Assembly: GCA_019828565.1 (NCBI GenBank)
Contig: JAHDYR010000037.1
Coordinates: 1-64,000, forward strand
DNA from: Carpediemonas membranifera BICM
Taxonomy: Eukaryota; Protista; Fornicata
Length of the DNA stretch: 64,000 nucleotides
Direction: 5' to 3'
The notes under the pieces are model-generated. The model saw only the letters and a list, made by a program, of their open reading frames with translations, was not told where the DNA came from and searched no databases. Made by a program: the position numbers and the translations under genes. Below, piece after piece: positions 14,401 to 25,000 of the stretch; position 1 is the stretch's first letter; the number at the start of each line of letters is the position of its first letter.

Positions 14401-15971
14401 AACCATGGTCAAGTTGATCCAGCCACGTCGCTCAGCTTCAATCACGCAAGGCGAGCGGACAACGAGTAGACCACACCCAGATGGAGGCTGAATCGCGACA
14501 TGTGCGCTCTACAGCTGTCTATAGGCCCGCACGCATACATGGGTGCGAAGTCCCAGCCCTCAAATGTCACGTATTGACGAGGTCGTAAAAGCATATCTTT
14601 ACTCAATCTTTTTGACCTCAAGTCGTGGACTGCCCGGGGGTAGTTCGGGGCGCTGAACACGCTGGTGAAGTCCCCCTATGCTCCATCTCCGCCCCCATCA
14701 CCGCCAAATTCCGAGGATCGAATTCCGCGACTCAAACCCAGAGTTGCAGACCTCAGCGTTCACAACCACCCCCGGCTAGACACGTTCTAGGCCCCATAGA
14801 GCACATTTCACTCTTCACCTCGCTGAAACCATGGTCAAGTTGATCCAGTCACGTCGCTCAGCTTCAATCACGCAAGGCGAGCGGACAACGAGTAGACCAC
14901 ACCCAGATGAAGGCTGAATCGCGACATGTGCGCTCTACAGCTGTCTATAGGCCCGCACGCATACATGGGTGCGAAGTCCCAGCCCTCCAATGTCACGTAT
15001 TGACGAGGTCGTCAAAGCATATCTTTACTCAATCTTTTTGACCTCAAGTCGTGGACTGCCCGGGGGTAGTTCGGGGCGCTGAACACGCTGGTGAAGTCCC
15101 CTATGCTCCATCTCCGCCCCATCACCGCCAAATCCCGGGGATCGAATTCCGCGACTCAAACCCAGAGTTGCAGACCTCAGCGTTCACAACCACCCCCCGG
15201 CTAGACACGTTCTAGGCCCCATAGAGCACATTTCACTCTTCACCTCGCTGAAACCATGGTCAAGTTGATCCAGCCACGTCGCTCAGCTTCAATCACGCAA
15301 GGCGAGCGGACAACGAGTAGACCACACCCAGATGAAGGCTGAATCGCGACATGTGCGCTCTACAGCTGTCTATAGGCCCGCACGCATACATGGGTGCGAA
15401 GTCCCAGCCCTCCAATGTCACGTATTGACGAGGTCGTCAAAGCATATCTTTACGCAATCTTTTTGACCTCAAGTCGTGGACTGCCCGGGGGTAGTTCGGG
15501 GCGCTGAACACGCTGGTGAAGTCCCCTATGCTCCATCTCCGCCCCATCACCGCCAAATCCCGGGGATCGAATTCCGCGACTCAAACCCAGAGTTGCAGAC
15601 CTCAGCGTTCACAACCACCCCCGGCTAGACACGTTCTAGGCCCCATAGAGCACATTTCACTCTTCACCTCGCTGAAACCATGGTCAAGTTGATCCAGTCA
15701 CGTCGCTCAGCTTCAATCACGCAAGGCGAGCGGACAACGAGTAGACCACACCCAGATGAAGGCTGAATCGCGACATGTGCGCTCTACAGCTGTCTATAGG
15801 CCCGCACGCATACATGGGTGCGAAGTCCCAGCCCTCCAATGTCACGTATTGACGAGGTCGTCAAAGCATATCTTTACTCAATCTTTTGACCTCAAGTCGT
15901 GGACTGCCCGGGGGTAGTTCGGGGCGCTGAACACGCTGGTGAAGTCCCCTATGCTCCATCTCCGCCCCATC
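11422..15971. repeat. Tandem ~423-bp satellite, ~10.7 copies
   Basis: Same monomer; ends at CCCCATCTCCGCCTGG like the other arrays. Confidence 0.95.
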
Positions 15972-17838
15972 TCCGCCTGGCCAGATCATGATGCGTCAAT
16001 TGTCACATATCTGGAAGTCAAGTCTGTTGTAACGCGTCAGGTTTGAGCCATGGTGTAGATGGTATAGCAGATGTTGGTGAATACAAGAGGTGGTAGGTTC
16101 GAATCCCTCCTGGCACATCCTTTTTGGACCTCGGCCATATCTCAGTCAATATTGGTCGTCATGCCTTGCAACTGCCCAGATTAGCTTGACTAGCCCTAAA
16201 GAACACATGGCAGTCAGATTTATTCAAGTTGTTTGGACATGACGAACGCTAAGCCGTTCAGGACTGAGCCACTGGCGCCGAGCGCAAACAGCGCATCCAC
16301 GACCGCCCAATAGCGGTCCGGGTTCTTGGACAGCACCTTGGCGCGCTGGAGTGCCTTGTGCATGACCTGGGACGGTACAGCAGCCGCAGCGCCCCCCTGC
16401 ACCCCACCAACGCATAGCCATGAGATGTCCACCCCAGGCCAAGCCAGTGCCCGCCCCTCAGCCCGCGTCTCCTATTGTGCACGACATCGAGAGCATATCG
16501 ATCAGCTCGCCCTCTGCCTCGCCGTCCTCGCAAGGATACGTGCCCCCAAAGCGTTTGCGGACTACACCACCGCGCCGTATCCTCCCCAAGCGCTCGACTA
16601 GGGCCGCACCATCTCCCCTGAGAGAGTCAGCCCCCGCACCTGCCCGCAAGCTCGGCCGCCCTCGCTCTACCAAGTTCATCATCTACTCGGACAGCGAGGA
16701 CGACGACGAACATCCCAAGAAGCCGAAGGGGTGCATCACACCGAAGAAGGAAGGACGGACTTGCTTCAATCGTAAGAACTATTAGTATCGAAGTGGCAGT
16801 GGCCACATGTAAATGATTAACGAACGTAGAATGGGTAGGCGGGGCTACGGTCGGCTGCGCCTCCCTCTGCCCCCCTGCACCCCCCGGAATTGAAGACGGG
16901 GGCTCCGTCATTCCTCCGGCTTCGTTCGGCTTCGCTCCGCTCGGGCGCTCGTCGCGTTGCTCCTCCCGCCCTCCGCTACGCTACGCCTCTCTACGCCTCC
17001 GTCACTCTCTCTGCCCCCTGCGACCCCCCGCGGACTCCGCCCATGGCCTGTAACTACGTCAGATCACCCCACAAATTTTTGAATCTCGGGCTGTGATTTA
17101 CATATGAAAAAATAAATACCCCCATCCTCCTCAGAGCATGTAATTATGTATTGTAGTGCGCACCCGTGTTCTCTTCCATTCCATACGCGTCACTCTAGAC
17201 GTATTCACTCACCATGGACACAAAAAGGCTCTATAAAAATTTGTTGAGGGCCTAAATCAAAAATCGGGGAAAATAACGTTCCTACACGTACGCAACATGA
17301 TACAGCAGTATACTCTGTTTAGCTCCAGCATCAATCCTTGAGGCCAGTAAAACCGGTCTTTGAACGCGGTTCGCCAGATTCGGATGGATATCGTGACTCA
17401 ATCACACTGCGAGAGACTTTCAAAAATTCCAAATCCAGCAGCCCGGAAGCCTCAGGCCTCGTGCTGTACTGCACAAGAAGTTAGCGATCGCGACTTTTTG
17501 TCCTATAACTATTTATGCATAATTCAATGTAAAGACGACGGAGTTGAATAGAGCTTAGGGCGGCGCCTCCGAGCTGACACGCACAGCTATCCAGAGAAGC
17601 AATCCGCAGCCCTGAACGCCGTCTGTAAGCATGTGCTCTGACCTCAAAGTCCAATTTTGAGGTCCCGTTTTTGAGCGGGAAAATTTAGTATAAAATATTT
17701 GCGTTGTCCCAGATTTCAATGCATGTTCGAAGGACCCCTGGGGTAGGCTACACGCTGCATGTGTCGCCTTCCCTGGCAGGGGCCCAGGGGTCCCGTACCG
17801 GGACCCCCCAAAATCCGCAATACCTTACCATAACTTAC
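11422..17838 (+). mobile_element. Non-autonomous unit B copy (~10.7 satellite repeats)
   Basis: Same organisation; ends ...CATAACTTAC followed by CTTAC CTTAC CT. Confidence 0.8.
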
Positions 17839-17850
17839 CTTACCTTACCT
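17839..17850 (-). repeat. Short interstitial telomere-like tract (CTTAC)n / (TAAGG)n at an element junction; also 22084-22085, 31175-31181, 37655-37660, 43853-43859
   Basis: TAACTTAC-CTTAC-CTTAC-CT between two units; absent from other copies of the same terminus. Confidence 0.55.
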
Positions 17851-20800
17851 CAAAGGTGTCGACCATCATCATCGACGAGGCAATGATGCTGAGCAGAGCT
17901 GATATCTCTGACATCAGCGACACACTGCGCCAGATCAGAGGTGGCGAGCTCCCATTCGGCGGAGTCAATATGATCTTCGTGGGTGACCCGAACCAGCTTC
18001 CGCCCGTGCCAAAGAAGCACGAGGCTGTCCTATCCGCACTGCACTATCACTGGGAGCAGCACAACACGGCCAAGCTATTCGAGCTCCAGAGCTCATTCCG
18101 TCAGCAGGCCGACCCGGCGTTCACGGCCATCCTCGACGGCATCGCGTCCACGAAGATCAACACCAAGAAGATCGAACCGCTCTACAAGCGCGCAGTGCCA
18201 GACACGCCCGAGTCACTCAAGCTGATGATCAAGCTCATGCTCGAGGGGCACACCATGATCACTGCCCGCCGAGACAGAGCCCACAGCCTCAACCGCATTG
18301 TCGTGAACACACTCGCAAAGTCAGACGGCTGCCCAGTCACTCAGCTCGTGTCGTATGTCGCCTGGGCGAAGGTTATCGACGGCGTTCCCGGGTTCTCGCG
18401 TTTCTCGTGCGGCACTGCCAATGTCCACTCGGAGCTAGAAGACACGTCGGCCAAACGAGACTACCACGACCGCCTTGAGCGCATCGACTTCTGCGTCGGC
18501 TGCCGCGTCATCCTCACGTGGAACGTCATCACCGAGCTCGGCCTAGTCAACGGTGCGAAGGCAACCATCCTCTCGATCAACCAGTCCGACCCGTCAGTAG
18601 AGGTGCAGATGGCCGACTCAGGCCAGGTCCACATCATCCGCGAGATGTCCGTGAAGCAGGGCATCTTCACGCACACGTTCATCCCCCTCATGCCGGCGTA
18701 CGTCCTCACAATCCACAAGGCACAGGGACAGACGATCCCCCGTCTCATCGTTGACCTGCGGGAGAACATGAACCCCAAGCAGGACCGCCGCTCTAACGAC
18801 TTCTGGGAGGTTGGACAGCTGTACACCGCCCTCTCTCGCGCCCCAACTCTCGACGCTCTCACGATATTCGGCGGAGTTGACACGCACGACAAGATGACCG
18901 TCAACGGATTCACATTCAACACTGTCAAGCCGGTCCCAGAGCTGTTTCGCCCGATCCATACGAAGGTCGTCACATCCCGTGTGGACTTCCTGCACAGGAA
19001 GATGCTTCCCCTGACCGACATGATCGTCAGGCACACCACTCGAGAGGCCTTCATCGACAACTCAGGCGTCAGCGTCGACGACAACACCAACGAGGTCGTC
19101 CGCAAGATGCTCAAGGTCAAAGACTGGATCAGGTTCGCCAACGCAGCGACCATGTACGCCAAGCGCAGCACCACCCGCGGCCCAGCCCTGCCCCGCAAGC
19201 GCCTCATCCCCGTTGCTCCGAAGCTGAAGAAGACTAAGCGCAAGCAGACCAAGCGTAACCCCCGCAAGCCCGGCGCGAAGAGCAAGCCCAGAGTGAGACA
19301 CATAGACACGGCCTTCAGCGACGCAGAGCTCGAATCAGACGTCGAACTCGAGGCGCTGACCGACTATGAGTGCGAAGACAACGTCGCTGCCATTGGGTTC
19401 GAGCATCTCAACGCCACGTACCGCTCACTACACGAGCTGAATCTCACCCGCGTCCAGCGGAGCCTCGTACAGCGCTTCCGTCGCGACAACTTCTACCGCA
19501 TCGAGAAACAGAACGAGGTGCACGAGCTCGCCGCAGCAGGCATCATCAGCGCGGAGGAGACCACTGCCATTGACCAATGGGTGCAGGAGGCGTCAAGCAA
19601 AGACCCTGGCACAGTCATATCGATCATCAGCAACGACACCGACGCGGCGAAAGAACTCCTCGACACAGCAGAGGCCGAGGACGCCAACGAGGCAATCCAG
19701 ACTATTCTCTCCCGCATCGAAGAAGCACGCCGCGCCCAAGAGCATCCTCCAGCCGCCCACAAGCCTGCCCAGCCCAAGACCACGACCAAGCGCAAGGACA
19801 AGCGGAAGCACAAACGCAAGAACAAGCCCACCATCGTCTTCGACATGGGCTCTCCCGAGTCCCCGCCTACACCTGACTACAGCAAGGGAGACGCGACATA
19901 CGCGCTCACTGTCCAACACCGCCGCAAGTCCCGCGAGAGAACAGAGCCGCCCACGCCCACCATTCCGGTAGTCGAGCCTCCAACGCAGCCAGAGGACGAG
20001 ATGGCCAGCAAGTGCCCGCTGCTCAACCCCAGAAAGATCACGACCCGGGACTACAGCAACGCTCGGCTCTACGACAACGACGGCGGTGGCGACTGCGCCA
20101 TCTTTGCCCTCGCCATGCGCACCAAGGCGTTCTACGACTTCTTCATGTCGCTTGGCACCGGCGACGACGTGGATGGACGCGTCAAGGTCTTCCGGCAGCG
20201 GTTCAGGCAGTACTGCTGTGACTACAGAGACCCCCACTCCCTCATATTCCTCGGCTTTGCCCCCGAGAGAGCTCACACGATCACGCTCGAGGGAACGTTC
20301 TTGAATATTCCCACCGTGTGGGCTTTCTACTGTCACGAGTGCGGCATCAAGAACGACTCGCTGATTCTGTACAAGAATCAGAACACGATTGAGTACACCA
20401 TCAGGCCTGCAGACGATGACCCCGACCGCCGCGTGCCCAAGTGCCAAGACGTCATCAACCCAGACAAGGCCATTCTCGCGACCGGCATCCGCTACAACGA
20501 CGGCATTCACTTTATGTGTGTCTTCCCCGAAGACGGGATCGAACGCCAGCTCGAGTACGTGGACTACTCGGCTGCAACGAGAGAAAGCGCCCTGAATCCA
20601 ATCGAGATCTCTGACGATGACGAGCCGCCGCAGCGCCCCCTGCACCCCCACCAACGCATAGCCATGAGACGTCCACCCCAGGCCAAGCCAGTGCCCGCCC
20701 CTCAGCCCGCGTCTCCTATTGTGCACGACATCGAGAGCATATCGATCAGCTCGCCCTCTGCCTCGCCGTCCTCGCAAGGATACGTGCCCCCAAAGCGTTT

Positions 20801-21029
20801 GCGGACTACACCACCGCGCCGTATCCTCCCCAAGCGCTCGACTAGGGCCGCACCATCTCCCCTGAGAGAGTCAGCCCCCGCACCTGCCCGCAAGCTCGGC
20901 CGCCCTCGCTCTACCAAGTTCATCATCTACTCGGACAGCGAGGACGACGACGAACATCCCAAGAAGCCGAAGGGGTGCATCACACCGAAGAAGGAAGGAC
21001 GGACTTGCTTCAATCGTAAGAACTATTAG
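17851..21029 (+). CDS. 5'-truncated Helitron-type PIF1 helicase with basic linker and C-terminal OTU-like domain (family A)
   Basis: Starts at motif II (IIDEAMML), then FGGVNMIFVGDPNQLPPV, FRQ, LTIHKAQGQT, GQLYTALSR; Walker A and Rep are missing. OTU-like DNDGGGDCAIFA…IHF. Confidence 0.85.
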
Positions 21030-22031
21030 TATCGAAGTGGCAGTGGCCACATGTAAATGATTAACGAACGTAGAATGGGTGAGCGGGGCTACGGTCGGCT
21101 GCGCCTCCCTCTGCCCCCCTGCACCCCCCGGAATTGAAGACGGGGGCTCCGTTCATTCCTCCGGCTTCGTTCGGCTTCGCTCCGCTCCGGGCGCTCGTCG
21201 CTACGCTCCTCCCGCCCTCCGCTACGCTACGCCTCTCTACGCCTCCGTCACTCTCTCTGCCCCCTGCGACCCCCCGCGGACTCCGCCCATGGCCTGTAAC
21301 TCCGTCAGATCACCCCACAAATTTTTGAATCTCGGGCTGTGATTTACATATGAAAAAATAAATACCCCCATCCTCCTCAGAGCATGTAATTATGTATTTT
21401 AGTGCGCACCCGTGTTCTCTTCCATTCCATACGCGTCACTCTAGACGTATTCACTCACCATGGACACAAAAAGGCTCTATAAAAATTTGTTGAGGGCCTA
21501 AATCGAAAAAACTCTTCGTAGGGCCTTTTCTATTTCACCGTAGCGTATATATGTAGCATCAGATTTACTCTAGCATCAAAACTTAAGGTCACGCCGCCGG
21601 TACCAGTTTTCCAATTCTCCAGATTCGGATGGATATCGTGACTCAATCACACTGCGAGAGACTTTCAAAAATTCCAAATCCCGCAGCCCTGGAAGCCTCA
21701 GGCCTCGTGCTGTACTGCACAAGAAGTTAGCGATCGCGACTTTTGTCCTATAACTATTTATGCATAATTCAATGTAAAGACGACGGATTTGAATGGAGCT
21801 TAGGGCGGCGCCTCCGAGCTGACACGCACAGCTATCCAGAGAAGCAATCCGCAGCCCTGAACGCCGTCTGTAAGCATGTGCTCTGACCTCAAAGTCCAAT
21901 TTTGAGGTCCCGTTTTTGAGCGTGAAAATTTAGTATAAAATATTTGCGTTGTCCCAGATTTCAATGCATGTTCGAAGGACCCCTGGGGTAGGCTACACGC
22001 TGCATGTGTCGCCTTCCCTGGCAGGGGCCCA

Positions 22032-22052
22032 GGGGTCCCGTACCGGGACCCC
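22032..22052 (+). other. Subterminal hairpin of the family-A end (9-bp stem, 3-nt loop), ~31 nt before the TTAC terminus
   Basis: GGGGTCCCG-TAC-CGGGACCCC; present in all family-A ends. Confidence 0.6.
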
Positions 22053-22086
22053 CCAAAATCCGCAATACCTTACCATAACTTACCTG

Positions 22087-25000
22087 ATGACAGCAATCGT
22101 CAACGCGGACGTCGTAATCCCCCGTGCAAACAGGACAAGCTACGTTCAGTATGACAGCCCGATCGCAGCATTGGCAACATTCCCTCTCGTGTTCTGCGAC
22201 GAGCGAGGATTCTCTCCAGAGTACAGCGCCAAGTTCAAGACTCTCAAGAACTGGGTCAAACACGTCCTGCACGCCAGCCAATGTCGTTTTGTGCGCGCCA
22301 ACCCCACGACACCAATGTTCCTGTCCATGATTCACACAGGACTCGAGCGCATCCAGGCGAGAGGATACTCAGTTACCTTGAACAACGCCCAAGAAGCTGC
22401 TGGCGACGATGGCGTACTCAGCGCGAACGCTGACGGGTCGGCCCATCTCATCGCGCCGCCCACAATGCCACTATCTTACGCGTTCATGAACAACATGAGA
22501 GAGCACCTCACTGCCCTCCTTGCTCGTTTCGGCTCCCCCCATTTCTTCTGGACCTTTACCATTGACCCGTCCTACGTCATGGATTATCTGGAAGAGCTGA
22601 TCGCAGACGAAGAGTACCCACTCGACCCACCTCTAGTCATCGATGGCAGGCGCTACACGCCCAGAGACGCGCCGGTCGACTCAGCTCGCACATGCATCGA
22701 GTACTTCTACACTATCTTCCAAAAGCTGGTAGAAGCTCTGGCCGGAACCGAATACCCAATCTGCGAATACGCCACGCGTGTTGAAGAGCAGGAGAACTCG
22801 ATGCTACACGTACACACAGTCACGTGGCACAAGGGGATTGGTCAGCACACCCCAGAAGGTAACCGTCTTGACGCCAACCTCGTATCAGCAATCAACTCGA
22901 TCATCTCAACTGACAGTTCAATACTGTCTGGTCGAGCCACGGTGTTCCAGACTCACACATGTAACGAACACTGCAGGAACAACCACCACACCTGCAAACA
23001 GGGCTTCCCTGCCAAGGCTGCTACGGAATCATTCATCTCTGGAGACGGTCAGTTCGTGCCCAAGCGATCCGAGGTAGACTCATACACCAACACGTTCTGT
23101 CCGATGGTTGCTGCACATCTTCACGGCTCAATGCACGTCTCCCCAGTCGTCTCCACCGAAATGATCATGTACATCGTCAAGTATATGACCAAGCAGCCAA
23201 CGGAGGTCATTGAACAGATATCCCACGAGGTAGCATCAGTCGAACAACACCATCTCATCTACCAACAGAGGCGTCGGGTCATCGGCCCCCTCATGCTCGC
23301 CACTCTGCTCGACGGTGTATCCATATTCTCTACATCACGGGCGTTCATCAAGATTGACACAAACGTTCTACCACAGAACAGAGTATTTGGCCCGCGGAAC
23401 AACTGCATCAAGAATAAGGTCGGAGGTTGGCTCAAGTACTGCAAGCGCCCAGAAGCACTGGAGCACATCACTTACCTGATTTACCTGACGCACTACGACA
23501 CAAGGTCTGTCAAACTACCAGCATTTGAGAAGCTGCCCGATCACGAGAGAATATCCCACACTGGCGAGGACGGCACCGAATACTTCTGGCGGATACATAA
23601 GCGCAAAGTTCCATACGCTGCATTTATTCCGATGACTACTCCACACGACGGTGACAGCCACTACTTCAACCTCCTCACACTGTCATTCCCATGGAGAAGT
23701 GACGCTGAAATGACACATGGTTTCCACCGCCATGGAGGCCTAGCACTTACCGGCGTCGAACGCTGCTCTTACGCTGAAAAGTGTTTCGAGCTCGGACTGA
23801 TTGACTCAGAAGAAGCCGACGACGACCAGATCTTCGATGTCGCTTGGCACATTCGTTTCGGGTCACTCTCAAAAGAAGGATGCTTCGCAGTCGTCAGAGC
23901 ATCCCTGGAGAAGAACGGAACAACACCAACGCTCCAAATGGTGTCAACCGTCAGAAACCCGACCCTCCGTGAAGACCTGATCAAACATGTGCTGAAGAAC
24001 ACGGACAGAGCTTACATCATCAACCACGACGTTGTCAGCAGGTGGAAACAGCCAGTCGATATGGACACATCCATCGTCCTCGACGAGACACAAGAGAAGG
24101 TTTTCAAGCACTACCGAGAGAACCTCATCGCCAAGAAGCAGACTATTCTCCTACTATGTGGCCGTGCTGGCTCTGGAAAGTCTGTACTCGTGCGACACAT
24201 CGCCAAGTTTACTGCAGCGAGAGGCAACCTAGTCCTCGTAACCGCATCGACTGGTGCAGCGGCTGTCAACATCGGGGGTACAACCATCCACTCGCTCTTC
24301 AGATGGGCTGCCGAGAACCGATTCGCGGCTCCAGTCAAGGACACAGTGCCGTGGATTCTGCTCAACAACGCGACAACGCTGATCATCGATGAGGCATTCA
24401 TGCTTTCCGCACCAGATATTCACGATCTCAACGAGGCGCTGTGTGTCGCGCGCAACAACACACTATCATTCGGTGGCATCAACATGATCATCGTGGGAGA
24501 CCCATACCAGCTCCCCCCAGTCAACAAGCTCAAGTTTCCCGACTATCAGAGCGCGGCATTCTACCAATGGGGAGCGCACAGTACCAGCAAGATCACTTTA
24601 AGCGCTAACCACCGACAATCGACCGACAAGACGTTCGCGAGTATCCTCAACAGCCTTAAAACGAACAAGCTACGCGAGAAACAGAAGGCAGCCCTTGCAA
24701 GCCGAGCAACGACTGACTGTCTCCAGTCACTCATTCAAGAGGCACTTCTCGGCGCAACCATTATCTGTGGCACACGCAAGAGACAGGCACACCTCAACTC
24801 GCTATGCATCGAAGCTCTCACCAGCTACACCAAGAGGCCAATACGCACATATGCCAACGCGGTTCTCTTCCCGCTGGCCAAGCACGAGGACATGATCGAT
24901 GAACTCCCGGCCAAGCCTCGCGCCTTTATGTACGACGCCACAGCCGAACTAGCTGTCACAGAGCATGTCCGCGACTTCGAGACACGACTCGTCGACCTCA

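Noticed and set aside
3219-15971. 423-bp arrays as a CRISPR-like or coding repeat
   Set aside because: No unique spacers or cas genes; the short ORFs are broken by stops and vary between copies.
18461-20777. Long antisense ORFs (282 and 394 aa) and similar shadow ORFs over pol and host genes
   Set aside because: Expected by-products of GC3-rich coding on the opposite strand; no motifs.
22070-22090. Unit ends as 5' splice donors (AG/GTAAGT on the minus strand), i.e. introner-like elements
   Set aside because: No matching acceptors or interrupted minus-strand gene; families C and D start GTAAAC and GTAATT; reiterated GTAAG fits repeat addition better. Not fully excluded.
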